Positions 1 to 7,614 of a stretch of DNA of 11,868 bases are shown in pieces. The translations under genes and the position numbers were made by a program. Under the pieces are notes generated by a model. That model saw only the letters and a program-made list of their open reading frames with translations, made no database searches and had not been told where the DNA came from. The DNA lies in IMG/VR virus record IMGVR_UViG_2778261165_000018, positions 1 through 11,868 of that record; one strand, written 5' to 3'. The DNA is from a virus. Its lineage: Duplodnaviria > Heunggongvirae > Uroviricota > Caudoviricetes. The first letter of the stretch is position 1, and each line of letters begins with the position of its first letter.

Positions 1-342
1 ATGATGAAAAAAAGTATTCTGGCGTTTCTGTTACTCACCAGTTCTGCAGCGGCGCTGGCGGCACCGCAGGTGATTACCGTCAGCCGTTTTGAAGTGGGTA
101 AAGACAAATGGGCGTTTAATCGCGAAGAGGTGATGCTGACTTGCCGACCGGGTAATGCTTTGTATGTCATCAACCCAAGTACCCTCGTGCAGTATCCTTT
201 AAACGATATCGCACAAAAGGAAGTTGCCAGTGGGAAGACTAAAGCCCAGCCGATTTCGGTGATTCAGATTGATGATCCTAACAATCCCGGCGAAAAAATG
301 AGTCTGGCACCGTTTATAGAACGAGCTGAAAAACTCTGTTAA
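1..342 (+). CDS. yebY: Host DUF2511-family secreted protein (YebY-like), 113 aa with N-terminal signal peptide
   Basis: ATG at 1, TAA at 340-342. N-terminus [22 protein letters not shown] is a typical Sec signal peptide with an AXA cleavage motif. Sequence matches my recollection of E. coli YebY; not verified by search. Confidence 0.75.
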   Translation: MMKKSILAFLLLTSSAAALAAPQVITVSRFEVGKDKWAFNREEVMLTCRPGNALYVINPSTLVQYPLNDIAQKEVASGKTKAQPISVIQIDDPNNPGEKMSLAPFIERAEKLC

Positions 343-370
343 TTACCTAAATAGCCTTTTGATTTCCAAT

Positions 371-412
371 AAAAAAACCGCCTCAGTTCTTTCACCAGAA
401 CGGGCGGTTTTT
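371..412. terminator. Intrinsic terminator downstream of yebY, bidirectional in form
   Basis: A7 run (371-377), GC-rich hairpin CCGCC...GGCGG (378-407) with inner stem GTTCT/AGAAC, then T5 (408-412). A-run before and T-run after allow termination in both directions. Confidence 0.7.
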
Positions 413-486
413 AACATTTAAGCTGATGACTACCGCGCTTTTTATTGACCATTTTGCACGCAAACTGGAAAACCTGGCGTCGTCAT

Positions 487-496
487 CTATTCTTAA
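487..496 (+). promoter_or_regulatory. Sigma-S type -10 element (CTATTCTTAA) for the downstream small RNA
   Basis: CTATTCTTAA is a 9/10 match to the RpoS-type extended -10 (CTATACTTAA) and includes the -13 C. Hexamer TATTCT at 488-493 puts the predicted start near 500. Confidence 0.45.
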
Positions 497-499
497 AGG

Positions 500-603
500 G
501 CAAGGCAACTAAGCCTGCATTAATGCCAACTTTTAGCGCACGGCTCTCTCCCAAGAGCCATTTCCCTGGACCGAATACAGGAATCGTATTCGGTCTTTTT
601 TTA
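500..603 (+). ncRNA. sdsR: Candidate SdsR (RyeB) RpoS-dependent small RNA, about 104 nt
   Basis: Predicted start about 500 (GCAAGGC...). Internal palindrome GCATTAATGC (about 518-527), hairpin GGCTCT/AGAGCC (542-559), and terminal hairpin GACCGAATAC/GTATTCGGTC (569-595) followed by T7 (596-602). No ORF with an RBS. I recall sdsR/ryeA lying next to yebY in E. coli and Salmonella. Confidence 0.55.
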
Positions 604-686
604 ATTGTATTTAAAATCAATCAGTTGCAAACGTCTTCCCGAAATTCCCCGAAATTTACTCGAATTTCTGTATTCCGGTCTTTTTT
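586..686. other. Candidate prophage attL region: two core-like 17-mers, IHF consensus site and tandem 10-bp repeats
   Basis: GTATTCGGTCTTTTTTT (586-602) recurs as GTATTCCGGTCTTTTTT (670-686). IHF consensus WATCAANNNNTTR matched at 615-627 (AATCAATCAGTTG). Three 10-bp-phased repeats CCCGAAATTC / CCCGAAATTT / ACTCGAATTT at 638-667. Integrase stop lies 47 bp further in, at 734. Confidence 0.4.
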
Positions 687-733
687 GGTTATATCACAAC
701 CAAAACACATTTAACAATCCATTTACGTTAAAA

Positions 734-1810
734 TCAGAGCAGTAAGTACGTTTTTTCTCGCTCATCAAGATACATTTTTGTTGTCTTCTCCGATGTGTGA
801 CCAAGTAGGCGCTGGGCAAATTCTTCTCCACATGTTTCTTTGTACAATCGTCCAGCCAGACTTCTGATCTCGTGAAAAGTTGGTGGGTTTTCACTGAACT
901 GGATACCTGTTAATTTTCTGGCTGCGACAAATTTTTTTGTCAGGCCATCCGGGTGAATGCTGCCGTCAGGGCTGTTTTTTCTAATCCCGGCACTGATTAG
1001 ATAATCTCCCCGGCTTACCAGGCGGCACCGTTCAACTACTGTACCAAGCCGTAGACCAGCGACAGGAAGGCTGAGTGACAGGGGGATAGCAATCATCATT
1101 CCTGTCTTAATTTGCCTGATGTGGAGACGATCATCATAAATATCACTGAACCGCATATTCGTTATGTCTTCGCGACGTTGTCCTGTTACAAGGGCTAAAT
1201 CCATAGCTAATGGGAACCATGCCGGCAGTTGATCTGCTGCCTCCCTGATGCAGTTGTATGTCTTTAGTTTCAGTCGTTCTCTTGTAACTACTATTTTCGG
1301 TGCTCTTGTTGGCGTTACTGGATTTTGAGATATACGTCCTTCAACAATGGCCTCGCGAAACATATCAGACAACACAGAACGCATTGATCCTGCCATTGTG
1401 TTTTTCCCTCCTTCAATCCACAAATCAAGAAACTCGGCAATATGGCGAGTTGTTATTTCTGTCAGTAAAATCCCTCCCAATTTTTCTTTTATTGTCTCCA
1501 GTTGATTTACCCGAATTTTATAAGTATTTCTGGACACTTTTCTCCTTATAAGAATCGTTTTGTAACGTTCAATCCAGTCTGCCATAGTAAATGAGTCGAA
1601 CCCTTTAAGCTTTTCAATTAAGGCAGCAGGAGAGTAGTTTTTGTATATATAATGATTTGCTTCAATTGCCTGCGCTACTGCATCTCTTCTTGAAATTTTA
1701 CCTAGTGTAAATTCTTCTTTCGTCAGAGGGTTGCGCCAGTAATATGCTTTGTCCCTCCTTCGATATGTTAAGTTTTTAGGCAAATTGGGATCGTATTTTT
1801 TCCGCTGCAT
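734..1810 (-). CDS. int: Lambda-family tyrosine integrase, 358 aa
   Basis: Collinear with lambda Int as recalled: N-terminal arm-binding region ([15 protein letters not shown]), catalytic-region motifs ([40 protein letters not shown]). RBS GGAGAAG 8 nt upstream of ATG at 1810. Confidence 0.9.
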   Translation of the reverse strand: MQRKKYDPNLPKNLTYRRRDKAYYWRNPLTKEEFTLGKISRRDAVAQAIEANHYIYKNYSPAALIEKLKGFDSFTMADWIERYKTILIRRKVSRNTYKIRVNQLETIKEKLGGILLTEITTRHIAEFLDLWIEGGKNTMAGSMRSVLSDMFREAIVEGRISQNPVTPTRAPKIVVTRERLKLKTYNCIREAADQLPAWFPLAMDLALVTGQRREDITNMRFSDIYDDRLHIRQIKTGMMIAIPLSLSLPVAGLRLGTVVERCRLVSRGDYLISAGIRKNSPDGSIHPDGLTKKFVAARKLTGIQFSENPPTFHEIRSLAGRLYKETCGEEFAQRLLGHTSEKTTKMYLDEREKTYLLL

Positions 1811-2057
1811 GTTTTAACTTCTCCAGTAACGGACTGTCTCTCCCTTGTCGCCCATTAGGCTGATGGTGTGTTATATCGGTATCAACCTTATTTGGGTTGA
1901 TATAGAAAGCCTCCGGAACCACTCTGTAACTCCTCCCGTGTAGTTCAGGTGCAGGATAAATGTTTCCATTCCTTGCCCATCGTCTCAGCGTTGATATTGA
2001 TGGTGGGTTATCCGGATATCTGAGTTTTCCCCACGTTTTGAGTGTCACAAGATTCAT
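1776..2057 (-). CDS. xis: Excisionase (lambda Xis-like)
   Basis: Motif TLRRWARNGNIYPAPELHGRSYRV resembles lambda Xis (ETVRRWVRECRIFPPPVKDGREYLF). 3' end overlaps the int start by 35 nt as in lambda. Start chosen at the ATG at 2057 (RBS AAGAGG 7 nt upstream); the ATG at 2063 is too close to the RBS. Confidence 0.7.
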   Translation of the reverse strand: MNLVTLKTWGKLRYPDNPPSISTLRRWARNGNIYPAPELHGRSYRVVPEAFYINPNKVDTDITHHQPNGRQGRDSPLLEKLKHAAEKIRSQFA

Positions 2058-2163
2058 TGCCATACCTCTTACGATATGACCGCCAGTAAATATACAGAAT
2101 ACTGGCGGGTGTGGTTGATTTTTAATAATCAGCTATGAAGTTCTAATTTGTATATAATGCAAC

Positions 2164-2352
2164 TCACGAGGACAGAAGCTTCTCGCAATTAAAATTTATC
2201 AGCTTTACTTTCTGCTCTCTGGAAACGCCTGCTTCTTTTTTCCCTGAGAGCATTTTTTCGCATTCTGATTTCGTTAATTTAGATTTTGAATATCTTGTCC
2301 AGTTAGTAGGAGTGCCACCTTCTTTTTCAATAGTGGCAGTTATTTTATACAT
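2164..2352 (-). CDS. ydaC: Small prophage protein, YdaC-like, 62 aa
   Basis: ORF MYKITATIEKEGGTPTNWTRY... with RBS GGAGGTG directly upstream of the ATG at 2352. Overlaps the ralR stop by 8 nt. Position between xis and ralR matches Rac as I recall it. Confidence 0.6.
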   Translation of the reverse strand: MYKITATIEKEGGTPTNWTRYSKSKLTKSECEKMLSGKKEAGVSREQKVKLINFNCEKLLSS

Positions 2353-2539
2353 GAACACCTCCATTATTATTTCCAGTAGTTCGTTTATTCCATCTTTCGA
2401 GTGCTTCTTTTTCACTTCCACCATAGCCAGTTCGGGATTCGCATCCGTTGCATTTTGCCCGGTAATATCCTGAAATTGCTTTCACCGTAACAGATGGACA
2501 ACCACAAAACGGACATGGTTTAACATCGTCATATCTCAT
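2345..2539 (-). CDS. ralR: Restriction alleviation protein RalR/Lar (zinc-ribbon), 64 aa
   Basis: MRYDDVKPCPFCGCPSVTV...AKCNGCESRTGYG has a CxxC...CxxC zinc ribbon and matches my recollection of K-12 RalR. In-frame upstream ATGs at 2551 and 2578 would give 68 or 77 aa. Confidence 0.8.
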   Translation of the reverse strand: MRYDDVKPCPFCGCPSVTVKAISGYYRAKCNGCESRTGYGGSEKEALERWNKRTTGNNNGGVHV

Positions 2540-2595
2540 AATTTTTGTCATAAAAACTGTCTCACGTTGGCGGTGCATTACACCGCCAGGCTGAA

Positions 2596-3405
2596 TTATT
2601 CTTCTGAATTATCGATTACACTGTATTCCCCGGTTAATACAGAGGAGTCTGCCGGATCGATTGTCAGTGGTTCCTTTTCATCCATTGATACTGCACGCTG
2701 GATTTCAATTGAGACTGGCAGGTATTTAAACAGGCGACGAATAGCCGTTTTTTTTGCCATTTCTTCCCAGTGAGTTACCCATGGCCCGTTATTACCAGCC
2801 TTACTCTGGCTGCGCACCAGTTCAATCTGTTTGCGCGTCATAACTTCAAACTGAGTCCCTCCGTCTTTCAGTCTTGCGACAGCATAGACGTGGGTCACTG
2901 GTGCATCTTCGTTTTCTCCCGGGCGGTGTATTAACTTTTCATCAAGGCCAAATTCAAAACTAAACTCGTCACCTTCACGGACAACACGGGCTGACAGGCT
3001 GGCGATTTGACCAGAACGGCGAGCCAGATCAATCATGCCGCGATAACCAATGATTAGCTGAACGTTCTTTTTACCGCTCTTTTCGTTTTTATTACCAAAA
3101 GGCAGTAAATATGCGTGGCCGAGGGCGCTACCTGGCTCAAGGCCGAGCTGTGAACACTGAACGATCGCACTGACAAAACTCATGGTGTCACAGTTTCCTA
3201 GCGCCGGAACCTTACGAATTTCTGTGGTGGCGATACGTATCATTCGTTCAGCCGTCATATGGCGTGGGAGAGCTGCTGCCAGTTGCTCTTTCATTGATGG
3301 CTGATTAATAAAGCTGATCACGTCGTTATTTTTTACTGCTGCTGGTGCACGGTTTCCCTGGGTTTTTTGCAGATCGGCTTTTGCGATAGGTGGTTGCTTA
3401 GTCAT
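2596..3405 (-). CDS. recT: RecT single-strand annealing recombinase, 269 aa
   Basis: [27 protein letters not shown]... matches recalled Rac RecT over its whole length. RBS GGAG 7 nt upstream. Start overlaps the recE stop (3398-3405), indicating translational coupling. Confidence 0.9.
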   Translation of the reverse strand: MTKQPPIAKADLQKTQGNRAPAAVKNNDVISFINQPSMKEQLAAALPRHMTAERMIRIATTEIRKVPALGNCDTMSFVSAIVQCSQLGLEPGSALGHAYLLPFGNKNEKSGKKNVQLIIGYRGMIDLARRSGQIASLSARVVREGDEFSFEFGLDEKLIHRPGENEDAPVTHVYAVARLKDGGTQFEVMTRKQIELVRSQSKAGNNGPWVTHWEEMAKKTAIRRLFKYLPVSIEIQRAVSMDEKEPLTIDPADSSVLTGEYSVIDNSEE

Positions 3406-6073
3406 TTGCATACTCCTTAGCCCAGCGGGGCAGTGATAACGTTTTAATAGCTGGCCATTCATCGGTATTCAGGCAGTCAGCCAGGGTCCTCAGATTGCGG
3501 TGATATTCCTGCTGGCCTGCCAGTTTTGCTTCTTCGCCCATCATGAAAATCTCAACCGGGTAACGTCCGCATTCAACAGTTGTGCTGGCAACCAGAAAAA
3601 CGAAAGTTGGCAGCACGCCAAACTGTGCTTCATAACCGTCACTGTAGAATGCATCCTGAACGTGATAGCGGTAGTCGTAATAAGCCGTTTTGAATCGTTG
3701 AATATCCGCTGTGGTTTTCACGTCCATGATCCAGTGAAATTCAGGAATAATTTTGTCCGGACGGCACCGACACAAAATTCCTGTTTCAGGATCTTCCCAG
3801 TAAATTGATGATTCAGCGTGTCCGGCGCTTTCAACAAGCCATTGACCCAGCGGCAAAGCCATAACGCTCTGATACATGAGTTCAATTTTCCGGCCTTCTT
3901 CGGCAGTGATAACCGTTTTTCCTGTGCTTGCGCATTCCATCAGAAACGCTTTCTCCTCTTCTTTTCCGGCGGTTGTACGGCGGTTAAATTCAGGTGCCAC
4001 GATAAAGCGGTTACTGAATTCTTCCGGTTCAAGTACACGGCAGTGGAAAGCGGTTCCTAAATCGAGCGTTTTTGTCTTTGTGGTGTCCACTGGGGCATTT
4101 TTACGCCACAAATACAGAGCCGGAGTATCAGCAATGTCGTCGAGCTGAGACTTACTGACACCGGGACCCGCGTGGTAATTCTCATTCGAAATTCCGTAAT
4201 AAATACCAGGCTCTATGTCTCCTGCGATTACGGGATCTGCGACTTCGCCAGTTTCATCACTGCAATCGCGATGCGGATCGCTGCCAGCATTCTCATTGTG
4301 CGGATGTTCAGGGCCTTCCATTTCCTCCGGATCTTTTTCCTGAGATTCATCCAGATTTTCTTCATTAAAGGTTTCCTGATACGTGGTGTCGCCCATCACC
4401 GCGCCACAATCAGGGCAGTTGCCGCCACCGCTCTGACCGCAGGCGGCACAGACTTTTTCCGGTTCCTGTTGCGCTACTGGTTCAGATTGTTTCGTTTCTG
4501 GCTCGTTTTTCTGTGCATTTGGGCTGTTTTGTTCCGCTTTCTGGTTGTTTTGTTCCGATTCGGGCTGGTTCTGGTTCACAGAATCTCGGGTTTCAATTCC
4601 CTTAACCCATTTCGGATCATTCGGGTCGCTAATCCCTTCAACAAATTCTCCGCGAGAGGCAGCCAGCAATTTGTCGGCATCGACAGGATTTTTGGGCGGA
4701 ATGGTTTTCCGGGCTTCATGGAGTTCTGCCCGCAGTTTCTGATATTTCGCATCAACAGAATTTACCTGTGACTGAGCATCCAGCGGCTGCGTGTCCTGAT
4801 GATGTTCAGTTGCATCCGGTTCCACTGTTTCAGCCGTTGCCTGTTTATCTGCCATTGCGCAAGATGGTTGCGGTTTTTCTTCACCATCGTGTTTTCCTTC
4901 TTCTGTTACACGCTGCGGCATCGGGGCAGAGGAACGACCGCAGGCAATATCCACGATTTCCGGATCAGGGTTGGCATGATCGGTTTCAATCAGCACCTTG
5001 TTCAGATATTCAGTGACATGCGCAGGGATAACCTCGATCCCAATTGGTGCTTCTTTTACGGACGCAACCACGATGGCGCGGGAATAATCCAGCCCGCCAG
5101 GCATGGTGATGAATTTGTCGCGGAAAACAGAAAAGGGCGGTTTATTTTCAGCGATAATTTCCTCGACACGTTTAGCGTGTGCCGGATGAAGGTTATAAAT
5201 GTCCACGTCCATTGAACGAGCCAGTACGCCAGTGGCTACGTCGCGCGCCAGTGACGTCAGATCGTGAACGAAACCTTCGCCGCGATCGGTGAGGTTCCCG
5301 CCGCCAGCATTAGCGCCGGAAGCCGTGCGCGTGATGCGTGAAACACGATTTCCTTTCATCCACTCTTTTGTCAGCAGACCGCGATCGGTGTAGTCTGCGT
5401 CCAGGTATGCTTCGAAAAAAGCAGTCATCAGCCCCAGGCTTGAATTGCCTGGATTAGGGAACACTCTGTCAGTATCACGCACCAGTTTGTGGAGATCGCG
5501 AATTTCCAGCGGGTCGAGCAGGCTGGTTTTGTGGGAAACAGCCAGGGCAGTAACAGCTGGTAGTTCTTCAGCCCGTGCAATGTGTAATGCCTGGAGTTCG
5601 TCGCGTGAAACGTGCGTTACCGGTTTTTCGCTGCCGTGTTGAGCAAGCCAGCGAATGGGCAGCTCCTGACCGGAAATCGGGAGTAGCATATTCTCCTCAA
5701 TCTCCGTCATGTCTTCGCCATTAACATTGGTATTGTCAGTGCTGGCTGGCTTGTCCTGCGCAGAGGATGAGGGCGCGATAAATACCATTGTGATGCCATC
5801 TTCCCCGCCTTTTTCGTAACGGTTGCAGAATTCCGTATCAAATACGCCTTCTGGTGGAAGGTCATCAACAACGGGCAAATTGACGCAAACAGGTTTTTTA
5901 AAGTCATCTTCATCGTAGCCAGCATCGTCAATCGCAACAGCACCACGGGAGATGGCAATGGATAATTTTTTCGCTTCAGCCCAGTAGAAACCGCCTTTAA
6001 TACCGAGACGTTTTCTTACTTTGTCATTTTTTGCTTCGTAATACAGTGGGTAAACTTGTTTATCGGTGCTCAT
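3398..6073 (-). CDS. recE: RecE exonuclease VIII, 891 aa
   Basis: C-terminal two-thirds (from [17 protein letters not shown] to the end ...[11 protein letters not shown]) matches recalled K-12 RecE, including the nuclease domain. The N-terminal roughly 110 residues differ from what I recall. ATG at 6073 with RBS GAGGT. Confidence 0.9.
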   Translation of the reverse strand: MSTDKQVYPLYYEAKNDKVRKRLGIKGGFYWAEAKKLSIAISRGAVAIDDAGYDEDDFKKPVCVNLPVVDDLPPEGVFDTEFCNRYEKGGEDGITMVFIAPSSSAQDKPASTDNTNVNGEDMTEIEENMLLPISGQELPIRWLAQHGSEKPVTHVSRDELQALHIARAEELPAVTALAVSHKTSLLDPLEIRDLHKLVRDTDRVFPNPGNSSLGLMTAFFEAYLDADYTDRGLLTKEWMKGNRVSRITRTASGANAGGGNLTDRGEGFVHDLTSLARDVATGVLARSMDVDIYNLHPAHAKRVEEIIAENKPPFSVFRDKFITMPGGLDYSRAIVVASVKEAPIGIEVIPAHVTEYLNKVLIETDHANPDPEIVDIACGRSSAPMPQRVTEEGKHDGEEKPQPSCAMADKQATAETVEPDATEHHQDTQPLDAQSQVNSVDAKYQKLRAELHEARKTIPPKNPVDADKLLAASRGEFVEGISDPNDPKWVKGIETRDSVNQNQPESEQNNQKAEQNSPNAQKNEPETKQSEPVAQQEPEKVCAACGQSGGGNCPDCGAVMGDTTYQETFNEENLDESQEKDPEEMEGPEHPHNENAGSDPHRDCSDETGEVADPVIAGDIEPGIYYGISNENYHAGPGVSKSQLDDIADTPALYLWRKNAPVDTTKTKTLDLGTAFHCRVLEPEEFSNRFIVAPEFNRRTTAGKEEEKAFLMECASTGKTVITAEEGRKIELMYQSVMALPLGQWLVESAGHAESSIYWEDPETGILCRCRPDKIIPEFHWIMDVKTTADIQRFKTAYYDYRYHVQDAFYSDGYEAQFGVLPTFVFLVASTTVECGRYPVEIFMMGEEAKLAGQQEYHRNLRTLADCLNTDEWPAIKTLSLPRWAKEYAND

Positions 6074-6143
6074 TGTTTTTTAACCTCAACTCAGATTAAA
6101 ATTAATGCGAGTGATGAATAAATGTCCCAGGTTCTTCACTCAG

Positions 6144-6173
6144 GCCTGCACAGTGTGCAGGCTTTCTTTTTTT
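6144..6173 (+). terminator. Plus-strand intrinsic terminator between racC stop and recE start
   Basis: Stem GCCTGCA (6144-6150), loop CAGTG, stem TGCAGGC (6156-6162), then TTTCTTTTTTT (6163-6173). It has terminator form only on the plus strand, opposite to the flanking genes. Confidence 0.5.
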
Positions 6174-6448
6174 CAGATTTCACCTTTTAATTTCATTGCA
6201 ATCAGAGTTGCCAGAAATTCGGCTTTTTTTTCTGCGGGCAGATTCTTTCCTATGTGCACCAGACACATTTTTTTAACACCATCGTTAAGTGTTTTAACGT
6301 TGCCTGATGGACCGTCGATATCAACCACAGTGAATGGGGTTTCTTTATTTTCTGTCTTAATCACGTAGCCAATACGCTTTCCTTCCAGGGTAACTTCGTG
6401 AACAATGTCATCAGTAGTAACAACAGTGGCTTCATAACTGGTAATCAT
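6173..6448 (-). CDS. racC: RacC, 91 aa prophage protein
   Basis: MITSYEATVVTTDDIVHEV... matches recalled K-12 RacC. RBS AAGGAGAAAAAC precedes the ATG at 6448. The longer track ORF starting at 6496 lacks an RBS. Confidence 0.8.
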   Translation of the reverse strand: MITSYEATVVTTDDIVHEVTLEGKRIGYVIKTENKETPFTVVDIDGPSGNVKTLNDGVKKMCLVHIGKNLPAEKKAEFLATLIAMKLKGEI

Positions 6449-6522
6449 GTTTTTCTCCTTAATTAAGGTTGAGCGAATCCCTGCCATTGCTGGCATAAAT
6501 TCAGTTTCGGATAGTCAGTTAA

Positions 6523-6693
6523 TTAAAGTTCGTGTGCCATCTGGTCTTTTTCGGCACAGATTTCACTACAATATTTTTTCATTTCCGTCGTTGGTATAAC
6601 TCCACGCATGAAATGAAGTGGTCTTGTAATGATTTTGCTTTCTTCAATTTCTTTATTGCAAAGGTGATAAGCACATTTTATTTTCTTAGTCAT
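6523..6693 (-). CDS. ydaE: YdaE-like small zinc-binding protein, 56 aa (absent from the ORF track)
   Basis: My translation of the minus strand: [56 protein letters not shown], with paired cysteines C-x4-C and C-x3-C. Its ATG overlaps the kilR stop (TAATG at 6691-6695). Confidence 0.7.
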   Translation of the reverse strand: MTKKIKCAYHLCNKEIEESKIITRPLHFMRGVIPTTEMKKYCSEICAEKDQMAHEL

Positions 6694-6914
6694 TACCATG
6701 ACTCCGCCTTTACAGGTAAACCATCACGACCGAGGAAGACTCTAATCATGCAGTCAGAAATGCATGTTTTTGTAGTCAGGCTACGAATATAAAGTTTTCG
6801 CTTTTTAATATTGTTTGCCGAGGCGATATATGTCCGACCTTCATGAAGAACATAATCGCCAGGGGTCACACACTGACGTGGTATTTCATCAGTTCCGAAG
6901 TGATGAGCAATCAT
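6693..6914 (-). CDS. kilR: KilR cell-division inhibitor, 73 aa
   Basis: [35 protein letters not shown]... matches recalled K-12 KilR. RBS GGAGAT 6 nt upstream of the ATG at 6914. Confidence 0.8.
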   Translation of the reverse strand: MIAHHFGTDEIPRQCVTPGDYVLHEGRTYIASANNIKKRKLYIRSLTTKTCISDCMIRVFLGRDGLPVKAESW

Positions 6915-7419
6915 AATTATCTCCATTTTTACAAATGAATTTTGTCGATGCGGTGCCTGGTGCCTCCAGGTGACGTTAACCAGTTAACAATTAACGCCGG
7001 ATCGTGATATCACCTAAACAGATACGGGTTGTTTTTAACTGTTCCGCGTGCGCTGAGCCGCATTCACCGCATCACAAAATTCACTTTAAAAAGGACGGAC
7101 ATCAGCCAGCAATGAAACTGATGCCGCCAAAAGGTAATCAACATGGGTTGTTGCAGCGGGGTTGTCACTCAAGCGTATGGTCAACCTGACAACCCGGTGC
7201 TCCACAGGGGGAGGGAGAATAGCACCCCTGCCATACTTACCGCCGCGCCATTTCGCGGATTGCCACAACCGGAAGCGCACGGTCGAAGAAATTTAAAGAC
7301 AAGCCTTCTAAGGGAAAAACACCTCCTCCGTGCGCTTTCGTGTTGTGCGCCTGTCTTTTTACCACTTCAGGCTCGGTGGTATACTGGAGTTCTCACACAA
7401 CCAGTAATAAGGTATTCCG

Positions 7420-7614
7420 ATGGATAATAAAGACAAAGCCTGGCTACTTGCTTTAGCTTTCAGCATCAGATCGCAGCGAGAAACAACTCATCAAGAATTT
7501 TTCTCGGAAATCGAGAATGCTGAGAATGAGTTTTTGTCACTACTCAATGAACGTGATGCTAAAAAAAGCGCCGATTCACTTAAGGCTTGGGCGAAACTAG
7601 GCTCTTCAAAATAA
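7420..7614 (+). CDS. Hypothetical 64 aa protein in the position K-12 Rac gives to sieB
   Basis: ATG at 7420 with RBS AAGGT 6 nt upstream. Candidate promoter TTTTAC (7357-7362), 17 nt spacer, TATACT (7380-7385). No hydrophobic segment, so unlike a SieB membrane protein. Confidence 0.4.
   Translation: MDNKDKAWLLALAFSIRSQRETTHQEFFSEIENAENEFLSLLNERDAKKSADSLKAWAKLGSSK

Noticed and set aside
445-714. Plus-strand 89 aa ORF across the sRNA and att region
   Set aside because: No RBS, and it runs through the sigma-S promoter, the sRNA hairpins and the terminator. The RNA-gene and att interpretation explains the sequence better.
1300-1551. Plus-strand 83 aa ORF inside the integrase gene
   Set aside because: Antisense shadow ORF within a confidently identified integrase; no RBS.
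413-1810. Whether this is the K-12 Rac prophage itself at its usual site
   Set aside because: The left flank is a yebY-like gene plus an sRNA rather than the ttcA flank I recall for K-12 Rac, and RecE has a divergent N-terminus. I therefore treat it as a Rac-like mosaic relative; this rests on memory of K-12 and needs alignment to confirm.
3500-5642. Several plus-strand ORFs inside recE (for example 4172-4771 at 199 aa, 4799-5215 at 138 aa, 3500-3808, 3876-4148)
   Set aside because: They are entirely antisense to the well-supported recE frame, lack ribosome-binding sites, and translate to Phe/Arg/Leu-rich low-complexity sequence typical of shadow ORFs.
7004-7427. Possible frameshifted sieB pseudogene built from track ORFs 7004-7189 and 7143-7427 plus the 64 aa ORF
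   Set aside because: The pieces lie in three different frames, none has a hydrophobic membrane segment expected of SieB, and the region is full of stable inverted repeats, so structured non-coding DNA is more likely. I cannot fully exclude a highly decayed pseudogene.
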